Below are positions 1 to 11,559 of a DNA stretch of 64,000 nucleotides, piece by piece (the stretch's first letter is position 1; every line of letters starts with the position of its first letter). A program made the translations under genes and the position numbers. The notes under the pieces were generated by a model. It did no database searches. It worked only from the letters and a program-made list of their open reading frames with translations, and was not told the origin of the DNA. The DNA comes from Lama glama (lineage: Eukaryota), in contig CM052817.1 of assembly GCA_028534125.1 (NCBI GenBank), positions 37,140,001 through 37,204,000 on the forward strand. Reading direction: 5' to 3'.

Positions 1-1
1 G

Positions 2-121
2 AGAAAATCTGTGGCTGGGGAGATTGTTCTCATTACAGGAGCCGGGCATGGAATAGGCAGGCACACTGCCTATGAATTTGCAAAACGGAAGAGCAGACTG
101 GTTCTGTGGGATATTAATAAG
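2..121 (+). CDS. HSD17B13: HSD17B13 exon 1 (3' part; start codon upstream of the window)
   Basis: [40 protein letters not shown], with the SDR cofactor motif TGxxxGxG; phase-0 donor AAG|gtaatg at 122. Confidence 0.96.
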
Positions 122-457
122 GTAATGAATTCATGTGCCCATCTTTTAAAGGTACAAGTGAGACAGGTATTTAAATTTTTCTTTTCATTTGCTTACTTTT
201 GTATTTTTCTTTTTCAAAGTTTGATAACTAAATTCCCTGGGGCTTTACATATGCTGTGCATTAGGATGGTTTGATGAAGGGAACAAACCAAACTGAGACC
301 TTAGCAGTGATTTTCATGCCACAATATGCAGGTTTGATAACATAGACTCAGGAGCCAGGCTACTTCCAAACTGTTTAAATTGAGAAGTCACTTATGTTTT
401 CTGTCCCAATCTCTTCATCTCTGAAAGGAGAGTAATACCTCAATGGATGGGCAAGAA

Positions 458-692
458 CAGAGGTTAGTAAACTACAACTAATGGGCCAACCCTGGTCCCC
501 GAGCAGCCTGTTGAGCCAGGAATGGTTTTTTGTTGTTGCTTTGTTTGTTTGTTTTTACACTTTTAAAGTGTTGTTTTAAATCAAAAACCAAATAAAAAAA
601 CAAAGAAGAACCATGTGACAGAGCCCTTTAGTATCTCCTCTCATGCACACAATCCTAAAATATTTACTGTCTGGCTCTTTACAGAAAAAAGA
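458..692 (+). mobile_element. MER58-like hAT-Charlie fossil
   Basis: Start cagaggttagtaaacta and end cctaaaatatttactgtctggctctttacagaaaaa resemble the recalled MER58 consensus. Confidence 0.65.
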
Positions 693-3034
693 ACTAATTG
701 AATGAGTATTTTAAGTGCTTAGAACAATGCCTGGCCATAGTAGACATTAATTGTGTTAAATAAAACCTCCATGCAGAGTCTGCATTTTTCTTGTACTGTT
801 ATTTGTGAACACAATATTAACTACTCAAAATAAAACTGAAGTAACTGAAATCTTTTATCATTTCCCCTAAACCTTTGAATTCTGATAAGGCCATGAAAAT
901 ACACACAGATAAATGTTTATAGGATTTTAAGACTGGAAAAAAATAGTCAAGCATTTTTGAGAATCAGATTTTTTACATATCACAATGAGATTTTAATTGC
1001 CATTATATTACTACTCTCTCATGTTCTTTGGTGTCATGTGTAGTTAGCACCTATTATCTTAAGGCCTTCAAAAATGTCTCTTGAATTCAGAAAACTAGTT
1101 CTCCAGTTCTTTCTAGACATTAAAGAATGCTATTCAAGAAAAAGTTGATACATTTTTATATAACAGATATGGGCATTTGTATTATGGATAAGCCGATATA
1201 CATGAAAGTGTTTTGGTTTCGGTTTGGTCCTTGAAGAGATTTCAATAAGCTTTCTAGAGAAGAACAAGAATTTACAAATTAAGAAAATTGTCTGCTGTTC
1301 TTAGGCACTTATTAAAATAAGTAAATAAATAAATACAAATTCATGAAAAAGTCTTGATGAAATCTAATCTTTGGATCTCTCCAGTTGTGTGTTTTGAGGG
1401 AGATGGCTCATATTTATTATTATTTTTAATTCCAGTGATAAGAAATAAAAATGACTTATTTAATTCTGCCTAAAGGATAAATCACCTAACCTCACAGGAT
1501 CTCTTTAAGTCCTTGAGTTTTATGGTTAAACATTTAAGGTATTAAATGATACACTCTAAGGCTGCAAATGTAACTCAGATTTTACCTGTGAAAGGTGCCA
1601 ACTGCCTTTTGGTTATGCTGGCTTTTGCCTTACACTACAAGTCATGTTAGCAATTTGCTTTCAGTCAATCTGAACAGTTGATTTAGCAACACTGTGATAA
1701 GTGGAGTAAACAACCACGTTGGAATTGAAGCTAAAGTAAGTATTTTGCTTCTAGAGAAGAAGACGAGGCATTACATTTTGCAGTGCTCTAGCTCAACATC
1801 TGACTAAGGCTCTTGTTGCTGGGTGCTCTACTGACCTAGAACCTAGAGATAAAAGGGTGTAACCTTGTAGTCTAGCAGTGAGCAAGCTCCCAGCTGAAAC
1901 CTAATCTGGCAAAAGATGCTCTGTCCTCCCTCCTTACTCTTCGGCAACTCCCCAAAAGGCTATGAGGGATAATGGCTCCCGTGATTGAGTGTCCTAAACT
2001 AGGAGGGTCTGTTCTCCGGGACTTCAGACTGCTGCTCCAGGGTTTAGCCTGGTGGTGAAATTCTAAGGACCTGGGGGAGACAGCACTGGCTAAGGAAACC
2101 ACTGCACACTCATTCAAGGACCGCCCCAAATAACAGCACACCACTGATATCCCAATGTGCAAAAAGGGCTCTTCGGGTGTCTTTACCTCTTCATCACAGG
2201 GAAGAGTTTACGAATTATTAGAGGAAAAAGTATAATTTTGAAAACTTTAAAATCTGCTCTATAAAAATAAAAAATTGAAAAGAATTCTAATTTTCCACAA
2301 ATGCAGGTCAAGAAACATTAGGGCAATTTTATCTTAGGAAAGAGGTCTTTAAATTTAAACTAAAAAGAAGTTACTCTGTCTCCATGTCCTGGAATTATGT
2401 GCAAAGTAGTTAAAATCGATGAGAATCCATCCAATGGCCCTTGGCTATTTTCACTCCAGAACAATTGAAGAATATAATATCATGTCCCCAAGAGTAGTAA
2501 CATTGTCTCCCCATGAAAAGTTTTCTCGAATAAGATCCTTCCTACTCCTTCCCTCTCCTTCCCTCCTAGAGAGTTAAATCAGAATCATCAAGAAAAGTAT
2601 GATGGGCAGAGGTATGTAGTTTAAAATTATCACTAATTTAGAATTGCTGCTTGGTGCTTTACTGCCTATTACATAGTTAGTGCTCAACAAGTATATGTTA
2701 TATGAATTGTCAAGGTTTCTTTTCTTCTCTATACTCAAATGTCTCCTTTCATGATGCCACAAAGAGCAACATCTTTCAAGCATGTTTTTAAGTTACAAGA
2801 ACAAAGCAAACAAGGTGAAAACACATGACTAATATGAGCATTCCCTGGCAGAAAAGCCAGGTATTATCTCTGGGAAGCAGGGAAGCAGGGCCTCTGATGA
2901 AATTTGCTTACAAACAAGGAGGACATTTTGGACATGAATTTAAATCTTTAAAAAAAGTCTTCTCCAATCCTTTCTCCCTCATTTTTGTCCCCTAGCTGAC
3001 CTACATCTTTTGAATTTGTTTTTTCCAACTGTAG

Positions 3035-3135
3035 CACGGTGTTGAAGAAACTGCAGCTGAATGCAGAAAATTAGGGGCCATGTGTTTGTGGTAGACTGCA
3101 GTAACAGAGAAGAGATTTATAACTCTGTAAACCAG
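3035..3135 (+). CDS. HSD17B13: HSD17B13 exon 2, 101 bp, with an apparent 7-nt deletion and frameshift
   Basis: Acceptor ttttccaactgtag (AG 3033-3034), donor CAG|gtgaga. Reads HGVEETAAECRKLGA, then the conserved HVFVVDCSNREEIYNSVNQ continues in another frame. The original frame reads MCLW* with TAG at 3092-3094. Confidence 0.92.
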
Positions 3136-3690
3136 GTGAGACTTCAGGGTACAAATTTCTTCCCATAATTTTGTATCCACTTACATGGCTATGAAAAGGT
3201 TCTTTATGACTGCCTGATTTAAATTAGATCTTCTTTCAGCCTCTGTTGAGGAAGTTGTGTGAACAAAGAAGGACATGTACTTTTTCCTGGCATATAATCC
3301 ACTCAACTCTGCCTATTGCTATTGTTTCATATTATTAATTTCATTCTGATCAGAAGTTTGAGCAGTGCTATAGAGTGACAGAGAAAAGATTTATCACCAG
3401 GGAAAAGAATCTCTTTCTAGTTTCATTTTAGTCCTATTAATTTTGCAGTAATTAAAAAAAAAATTTTCCCCTTTAATTGTTTCCTCTTTGGGATTTTATT
3501 TATGTTGGTGCCAATCTAATACTCTACGGAAAATGTAATATTAGTAATTATAACAATTTTTAAGAGTAAATATCAAATACAACAAACCAAGCACTCTGAT
3601 AAACAATTGCCCCCTTTAACTTAATCCCTGCAATAACTCTATTAACCTCATTTGAAAGATAAGCAAATTGAGATTCAGACAGTTTAAGCT

Positions 3691-3858
3691 AGACCAAGTT
3701 CAGGTAGCTAGTAAGTGGTGGAGCCAGGATTACTCAATTAGCTCTTTTAAAATATTGGGTAAGAACTGACATAGCAGATCAAGGTCATGTACCTAGTAGG
3801 AGGTGAAAACAGGATTACTCAATTAGCACTTTTTAAATGTTTGGTCAGAACCAATATA
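3691..3858. repeat. Diverged tandem duplication, period 85 bp, partly MIR-derived
   Basis: caggattactcaattagc occurs at 3725 and 3810, and the flanks align (agaccaagttcaggtagctagta / agatcaaggtcatgtacctagta). Confidence 0.8.
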
Positions 3859-4133
3859 TCAATTTATCAACACATATTAATTTCACTTTATTGATAAGTT
3901 AAAAAAATCTATGATGTATTGGATACTGAAATTTAGATATTAAAAAAAAAACAGTTTATCACTGGTTTATGACAGTGTTTCCTTTGCAAGCACTGTTTGG
4001 GTTAAAGGTCTTTCCTGCCTGAACTCTCATCAAACAGAATAAAGAATCTAATCCTGATCCTGGAATGACATCAACCTCAAAACTTTGAGTTTCTATAATA
4101 CACCCAATGAATGTGTTCTTTCTATTTCAAAAG

Positions 4134-4265
4134 GTAAAGAAAGAAGTGGGTGATGTAACCATCGTGGTGAATAACGCTGGGACAATATATCCAGCTGACC
4201 TTCTTAGTACAAAGGATGAAGAGATCACCAAGACTTTTGAGGTCAACATCCTAGGACATTTTTGG
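4134..4265 (+). CDS. HSD17B13: HSD17B13 exon 3 (132 bp)
   Basis: VKKEVGDVTIVVNNAGTIYPADLLSTKDEEITKTFEVNILGHFW with the SDR NNAG motif; AG at 4132-4133, donor TGG|gtgagt. Confidence 0.96.
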
Positions 4266-5716
4266 GTGAGTATGAGTCAGAAACATTCCTAGTTTGTGTA
4301 TATCTCCTGACACCTCCTCTTAAGGTGCGTGAAGTTCATAATTGAGTTCACATCCTTCTGAATGGGAAACTTCTAATCTTTGCCTGAAGTCAACTTTCAT
4401 CAAATGTTAGTCTAGTTAGTCTGCCTTACCTGCCAGTATCTAACACAAAGCCTGGCATGTACTAGGTGCTCAAAAAATATTTGTGGAGCTTTGCTAAGGA
4501 TTGTCAGTGGACATCTTCTCAGTGCTTTGGAAAAAATGCATATCGTGTACATTCACTTGTGACCTCATGTCATGGAATTTCAGAATGGAAGGGACAACAG
4601 AACTCATTACTTGGGTGTGTATAGGGGTTGGGGACTCTTCCGGATGACATTCTGAGACAAGCTCTAGATCCAGGCTGGAGCTTAGAAATATATACAGACC
4701 TTTTATAATTAGTTGGTTTTGTGAGACTGAAGTATGCCCTTGTAGAGGGCATCTTTATGAATTAATCTCCCCATGCCTCAATATTAGTGTAGAATTTAGG
4801 ACAAATCTTGATTCTGGAAGAAAGGAGAAAAAAAAGAGATCTGTTCCCCAATTTCCCCAAGCCCCTAACACATGCTAATGAGAATTGATTATTATGCCCA
4901 ACAAACTACATAGAGACCCCATGAATTCATTATCTACAGCTGCATAAAAATGATATAAAAACTTAGTGGATTAAAGCAACAATAAAAGCTCGTTTTCCTC
5001 TCACAGTTTCTGTGGGTCAGGATTTTGGGGGTGGCTTGGTTTGGCAGTTCTGTGTCTATAAATTTGCATAGGGTCCATAGGTGGGTTTATAAAATTTGCA
5101 TAAAATATATTGATATTTCTCACAAAACAGTAAAGCTTTTTGGAGGTAAAGAAAGACTTTTGTTTCCTATAACATCAACATACAATGCACAATATCACAA
5201 GTAGGGAGAAATTAAATTTAATTATGATGCATTGTGACCATGGGTCAGTACAGAACTCAGCTTTTTCTACTCAACTTGATATAGATACACAGGATTTTAA
5301 ATTCTTCTCATTCAAAAGATAAAGCCCCAAACCAAAAGCCATCGCATGATGCCAGATTACCACAGGGAATTTTTTCAGTTCTGAAAACTCTGGATTTTTC
5401 CCTTAATAATATTGTTTAGATGATATATGCATAAAGGAAATATTTGATTCCCTCTGAAAGGAAGCAGGGGAAATTAAGGTGAGTTCTTGGCATGTGATAG
5501 CCAACGCACAGCACTCAATGCCAGCTGAAACTAATTATTTTAATCTTTTTCATTTCTATTGTTTGTTTAGAAGTAATCCTGGAATCTTGGCACATATTTC
5601 ATTTCACCACGAAAGTTGTCTCAAATGACATTTTGTCTTAAAAATAAAACTACCTAATTTGGAAACCTAACACCTGTCATTGTTTCTTTGCTTTTCTTTC
5701 TGCAATGACCCTGAAG

Positions 5717-5823
5717 ATCACAAAAGCACTTCTTCCATCCATGCTGAGGAGAAACTATGGCCACATTGTCACTGTGGCTTCAATATGTGGCCATGGAGTG
5801 ATTCCTTATATTATTCCATATTG
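5717..5823 (+). CDS. HSD17B13: HSD17B13 exon 4 (107 bp)
   Basis: ITKALLPSMLRRNYGHIVTVASICGHGVIPYIIPY(C), including the catalytic Ser region and Tyr; AG at 5715-5716, donor TTG|gtaagt. Confidence 0.95.
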
Positions 5824-6240
5824 GTAAGTATTACTTTCCAGCAGTGCTGTATATTTTTATACTTTTATTAGACCTCAGATTCCAAGCCTCATAGCAGGGT
5901 AATTTGGATTTACAGAATACACGTAGTAGTTTAAAATAAACTTTTAAAAATGACTTCCCTTAAAACAACAAAACTGGTTGTAATCATTTGAAATATTTTT
6001 AGATTTCTGAAAACTCCTCCATAGAGCAGTGAAAGAATACAGTAATGCCAAGTATGTTTCCATTGTATCCTGGAATGAGTAGATGTTGATGGAAAAAATA
6101 GGGAACTCAACAGTGTAAGAAAAAACATACAGAAGTCTGAATGAACACAGATCTGTGCCATGGCCTTCATGGCCAAGATAAGCTAAACAGAGTGGCCTCT
6201 GGATTAAAACATTTTCCAGTGTGCTTGTGCCATGAAAGAT

Positions 6241-6242
<2 letters not shown>

Positions 6243-6282
<40 letters not shown>
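6243..6282. repeat. (TG)20 microsatellite in HSD17B13 intron 4
   Basis: Perfect dinucleotide run. Confidence 0.98.
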
Positions 6283-6287
<5 letters not shown>

Positions 6288-7505
6288 GAGATTGAGAGAA
6301 AGCCTTCACTGTATTAAAAGATGCAGATAGCATATTCCATGCTCTACCAAGGACATAAAGAGAAGGTGGGAGGGCCCTAAGGACACACGATTTGCTAAAT
6401 ATCTTTTCCTTGTCAGCTCCTTCAATGGCATCTGATTTCCTTATTCCCGCCTTATATCCACCTCATAGAGAAATTTGACTTGTTGACATTTTGGCTAGTT
6501 CTTTTTGTAACTGCCAATATGTGAGTATCAGTGGGTGGGTGTGGGGGGTGGGTAGTTAACTGGTTTATTATTTACTTACACATCCATGTTCAAGGTTAAA
6601 TTTATTTCTGACACTGAACGTAGTCACAGATGTTAAATTTCGCTGTATGTTAAGGTGTCCTTGAACATAGTTGTTTCAGCCTGCCTCTACCATCTTAAAA
6701 CACAAATAAGAATTTCATAGATCAAACATTTTCTATTGTTTTAATGTTTAGAAATGTGGAAGCCCAGTGTAATAATAGTTTTCCTTTTTTCTTTTCCTTT
6801 GAGAAAGCAGCCAGCCTTTAACTTCATTGTTCTTATTGTCATCTGGGCTAAAAATACAATTAACATTACGGAGCTCCTTATAGGTAATAAAGTTATTATG
6901 CATATGCTATTTTATTTAGTCCTCAAGACAGCCCTATATTTTATTACCAGCATTTTAACCAGAAAAATCAAAGGAAGAAACAAAGTGATATGTTGAAGGT
7001 TGCACACACTATCATACCCACACCACCTGAAATCCAGAGTTTTACAATGAAATTAAGAAGACAAAGTGAATCCACATTTTAAGAAAGAAACTATCAAAAA
7101 AGAGAGGAAAAATGTGTAGAGTCCCCCCAGAAGTCTGTGTTTAGTACAGATATTAGTTACATAGTTTTCCTAACCGTGTTTTTCCTAATTCATATTTTTC
7201 AAAATAAAAATAACAGTAAAAACTAATTTAAAAACAGTTTAAAGATTAAATGAAAAACCTTACCTGGAAAAGTGAGCAGTAAGCCAGTCAATAACAGTTA
7301 TGACGATTTGTTCTACTGTTATTACTGTTAACAAAGAAATTTGTACATGCAGAATTCAGTGAAATCAAATAAGAAAATGTAAATGAAAATTGGTGACCAA
7401 GTCAAAGATGTTGGGGGTTTGGCTTTTACTTGTTCCCAAACCTAATCAACATTGCCTTCTCACAGAAAGCTTTTCCTTCACTAACTGTGGGTAATTCGCT
7501 TACAG

Positions 7506-7643
7506 CTCTAGCAAATTTGCTGCTGTTGGCTTCCACAGAGCTCTGACATCAGAACTTCAAGCCTTGGGAAAAACTGGTATCAAAACCTCTTGTCTCTGCC
7601 CAGTTTTTGTGAATACCGGGTTCACTAAAAACCCAAGCACAAG
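7506..7643 (+). CDS. HSD17B13: HSD17B13 exon 5 (138 bp)
   Basis: (C)SSKFAAVGFHRALTSELQALGKTGIKTSCLCPVFVNTGFTKNPST(R), completing YCSSK (YxxxK); acceptor cttacag, donor AAG|gtgagg. Confidence 0.96.
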
Positions 7644-8756
7644 GTGAGGTCAAAATCAAGCTAGGGTGGAAACATGGCATGAGAAATTGGTATGAAAACT
7701 ATATGAGACATTTTTAGGTGGGTCAACCAAGAAAATAGAAAAAAAAGGAAAAATATTTTTTCTTCATGTTATTGTACTGCCTTTACGTTTTCACTTTGAA
7801 ATTATATGAACAAAGGGGATAAGTGCATCAGGGACTAGCAGGAATGATTAGCTGCCAATGAATTAGTCAACTGGGTATCCATTTGTGTCTAGGTGAAAGT
7901 TTCAACATATACTCAAGTGCTGAGGGAGTGAGAATGGAGGTGGGCAGGATAGAGAGGAGTGTGCTTCAGGGGGTGGTAAGAGTGTCCTCTCCTGGAAACA
8001 CCCCCCCAAAATGGTACCAAACACCCCCCTTCCCCATTCGTGATTCATCCTCCTTAAACAGGGTATGAAGATGTACACATATGTGTACCTTTTCCATCTT
8101 CCACAGCACTGGTCACAAAGCTGGCGTAAAGTACTCCAATATTTTCCAAACTTGCCTGATCCTAAGAATCATCACCTATGCTTAAAAAAAAAAAAAGTTC
8201 ATAGGCTCTTCTTTAGAGATTCTGATTTCACTAGGCTGGAATGCGCTCCAAGAATGAGGTGTTCAGTTTTGCTTTGTTTACAGACATACCAGGTAAGCCT
8301 GGAGAAAGGTTTGGGAAACATTGACATTGTAAATATAACCACATGAGTTTTGATCACTGTTCTCACCTTGCCCCCCTTAAAAATACAAATGTTCCTAGGA
8401 GCTGCAATAAATTGAGTTTCCTAAGCCCTTAGTCAAGGTGAATTTCTGCAAGTACTTTGTCTCTGGTAAGGGAGGATTTTGAAACCATAAAAGAGAAGTT
8501 GGTCTTGAAAGGAAAAAGGCAGAAAGGTGAGGACAAGGGCCCTAAAATTAAGACACCTGCTTCACAAATTTGCCTCAATTCTAGCATACATTCTGCTGCA
8601 GGTTAACAAAATATACTAAGCTTGCTAATTTGAAGCCAACTTATTACTGGAATGGAATTAGTCCAAAATATAGTTATTCGAGGGAGCTAACAAACTCCCT
8701 TTTAAGCTCAGCCTCATCTGAAGCTACTGACTCTGAAACTCTAAATCAGCTGTGTC

Positions 8757-9256
8757 NNNNNNNNNNNNNNNNNNNNNNNNNNNNNNNNNNNNNNNNNNNN
8801 NNNNNNNNNNNNNNNNNNNNNNNNNNNNNNNNNNNNNNNNNNNNNNNNNNNNNNNNNNNNNNNNNNNNNNNNNNNNNNNNNNNNNNNNNNNNNNNNNNNN
8901 NNNNNNNNNNNNNNNNNNNNNNNNNNNNNNNNNNNNNNNNNNNNNNNNNNNNNNNNNNNNNNNNNNNNNNNNNNNNNNNNNNNNNNNNNNNNNNNNNNNN
9001 NNNNNNNNNNNNNNNNNNNNNNNNNNNNNNNNNNNNNNNNNNNNNNNNNNNNNNNNNNNNNNNNNNNNNNNNNNNNNNNNNNNNNNNNNNNNNNNNNNNN
9101 NNNNNNNNNNNNNNNNNNNNNNNNNNNNNNNNNNNNNNNNNNNNNNNNNNNNNNNNNNNNNNNNNNNNNNNNNNNNNNNNNNNNNNNNNNNNNNNNNNNN
9201 NNNNNNNNNNNNNNNNNNNNNNNNNNNNNNNNNNNNNNNNNNNNNNNNNNNNNNNN
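8757..9256. other. Assembly gap (500 N), probably hiding HSD17B13 exon 6
   Basis: N run between exons 5 and 7; no exon-6-like sequence is seen in the flanks. Confidence 0.95.
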
Positions 9257-9462
9257 AAGATGAGACAGTGAGAAGAGTGATATATATCAGTGCTTTCTTT
9301 ATATTTGCATAATATTTGACCTGTGAATATTAAAGACACACACATAAAGAGAGAGGTGGATGTGAAGGAAAGGAGGAAGAACAGAAGAAAATTAAATGCA
9401 AACCAGATAACTCTCAAGGTCATTTAACTGGCAACAAAAAAGTACTCTGGTGTCAAAGATTT

Positions 9463-9592
9463 AATTTTTTTTATTGAAGTATAGTCAGTTTACAATGTTG
9501 TGTCAATTTCTGGTGTCCAGCATAATGTTTTAGTCATACATATACATATATATATATATATATTCCTTTTCATATTCTTTTTCATTATAGGT
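9463..9592 (-). mobile_element. Heavily 5'-truncated L1 3' end with target-site duplication
   Basis: Poly-T then attgaagtatagtcagtttacaatgttgtg (L1 3' terminus, antisense); TSD tgtcaaagattt at 9451-9462 and 9593-9604. Confidence 0.85.
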
Positions 9593-9640
9593 TGTCAAAG
9601 ATTTTAAATTGAAAATTTTTCATCTTCTGTTTTCATACAG

Positions 9641-9731
9641 ATTTCTTCCTGAACGTGCCTTGGCAGCTATAAATCGTGTACAGGATATTCAGTTTGAAGC
9701 AGTGGTTGGCCACAAAACCAAAATGAAATGA
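9641..9731 (+). CDS. HSD17B13: HSD17B13 last coding exon (exon 7)
   Basis: Acceptor ttctgttttcatacag; FLPERALAAINRVQDIQFEAVVGHKTKMK*, TGA at 9729-9731. Confidence 0.95.
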
Positions 9732-10820
9732 ATAAATGAGCTCCAGCTTGAGATGTATGCACCTTAATGATGTGGAACTAAGTTTAGAGTCAATGCTTCA
9801 AAGTTTATTTCACATTTTTCAAGTTTAGAGTCAATGCTTCAAAGTTTATTTCACATTTTTAATATTAAAAACAGTAGTTTGGCGGTTGCAGCAATTGAAT
9901 GAACAAGAATAATTACCTGTCACTCTATTTCTCAAGAATATTGATGTGGTTTTAATAGTCAGATCCATTTTTCATTCCATACCTCTTAAATATGTCCATA
10001 CTTACATAAACATACTTAAAAGGTCATTTTTCTTTAAGATATCGCATTTCTTTTCTTTTCATTTAAAGGTAGACAAAGCTACCTCCCTGAGAATAAATTT
10101 AAAAAGAACTTTATTTATATAAGGAGGGCTTAAGATTATTCTCAAAGTAGCCTTCCAATCTGTAAGCTGGCCGCAGAATGTTGGCAGGTACCCAGCGTGA
10201 GCTGCAGGTTGGAGATCAAGTTTAAGTAGACAACTGTGCTCCAAAAGACAGATAACTTTTATGCAATTCAACATTTGGAAGCTTTCTCCCTTTTCATCAG
10301 CCCCAAACAGTGCGATGGTATTCTGGCCTTTCTCTCCTGATTCTGTCCCTTATATATCTCTTATAGGCACCAAGAGTGGGCCCTCCATGCTTGCCACCCT
10401 TTTCGTAATCTCTTAAAATACTATGACTTTACAAAAAGTGACTCTGTCTTGAATCTCAGAGTATCTGAAATTATAACCCCATGATAATTTCTTTCTTTAT
10501 AGTTTATGCTTTCACATATCATTGCTACCAGAGATGTTTAGACAGTTTTGAGCTCCAAAAATGAAAGCTAGCACAGGGAGAGGACCTAGGCTGACTGCCT
10601 AACAGTGCACAATAGATCCAAGAGAGGGAGGGGAAAACAGAGTGGTCTTTTTTTTTTAATAGAAAGAAAAATCTGATACCCACTACCTCAAGACTAATCT
10701 TGTTTTCTGTGTTTTTCACATTTATTATAGATTGCTTTTACACTGAATATCCTCCTGTTCTATCCTCATTAAAAACAAATGATTAATAAAAACAAAATTT
10801 TTAAAAACAAATGATAAATA
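9732..10820 (+). other. HSD17B13: Probable HSD17B13 3' UTR; candidate poly(A) signals at 9731, 10092 and ~10768-10790
   Basis: Follows the stop codon; AATAAA/ATTAAA hexamers are seen. The true 3' end cannot be fixed from sequence. Confidence 0.5.
9780..9860. repeat. Perfect 40-bp tandem duplication in the 3' UTR
   Basis: aagtttagagtcaatgcttcaaagtttatttcacattttt at 9780-9819 and 9821-9860. Confidence 0.95.
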
Positions 10821-11559
10821 CGTTGCCTTGCATTTTTAAAAAAACCTCCTGAAACCTCTTGTAGTTATAAAATTAAGAGTTTTGATTTCTAATCTCTGAG
10901 TCTCTGTGAGTCTCCTTCATAAAGCAAGGATCTGGGTTGTCACAGCTAGATCTTGCAGATGTTGAGGAGAACCTGGGGTTCTCCCAACTCCAGCTAGTTT
11001 GTCAGTTAGGAGTGCTGGTTTATGCAGTGAAACTGACTGAGTCCTTTCTATGTGAGGCACTGAGCAGAGTGCTTTCATTTTAAGATTTTTTTCCTAGTTA
11101 CTTTGGCAATAATTTCTGTTCATGTTATTCTTTTAATTGCTTGCTTTGAAACAAAGAACTTTATGAGTGAAACCTCAAAATGTATTATTTTAAAAGTATG
11201 ATTACAAAACTTCAAAAGAGAAATACGTGAAGTAAAAAATATAAACGCATCCCCGACAATACCATTCCCTAGAGGTCAGTCTATTAATGCGCAATCATCT
11301 GTTCTTTTTCTAATGCACATGCTAGCATATACATGACAACTACCTTACATTCTTTTAGTGCATATGTTACATAAAAAGTTTCAAAACATGCATTATATTC
11401 TGTAACTTGCTTTTTTAACTTACCAGTGTATCCCAAACAGCCTTTTCTTTTAGTACAGAGTTTAACCTCATCCTTTTTCATGTGTGCATAGTACTAGATG
11501 ATACTATATTTAAGCATTCCCTTGTAAACAAAACATTTAGGATGTTTCCAATTGTTCTC

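Larger units (their letters stand above)
1..9731 (+). pseudogene. HSD17B13: HSD17B13 locus (17-beta-hydroxysteroid dehydrogenase 13, lipid-droplet SDR). 5'-partial; frameshifted in exon 2 as assembled (LoF allele, young pseudogene or assembly error)
   Basis: Six GT-AG-bounded exons translate to the HSD17B13-type sequence (YPADLLSTKDEEITKTFEVNILGHFW; C-terminus FEAVVGHKTKMK) rather than HSD17B11. Gene identity is high-confidence; the score given is for disrupted status. Confidence 0.55.

Noticed and set aside
11..274. 87-aa ORF as a stand-alone gene
   Set aside because: It is HSD17B13 exon 1 reading through the donor at 122 into intron; the listed start is an internal GTG.
3095..3135. Rescue of the frameshift by a cryptic acceptor inside exon 2
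   Set aside because: AGs ending at 3094, 3101, 3107, 3109 and 3112 leave out-of-frame remainders; the in-frame one (3114) has a purine-rich context with no pyrimidine tract.
8630..9423. Long ORFs of 186-225 aa (also 37314-38080)
   Set aside because: Artefacts of translating through N gaps.
1..9731. Calling the gene HSD17B11
   Set aside because: The exon 3 and C-terminal residues match recalled HSD17B13, not HSD17B11.
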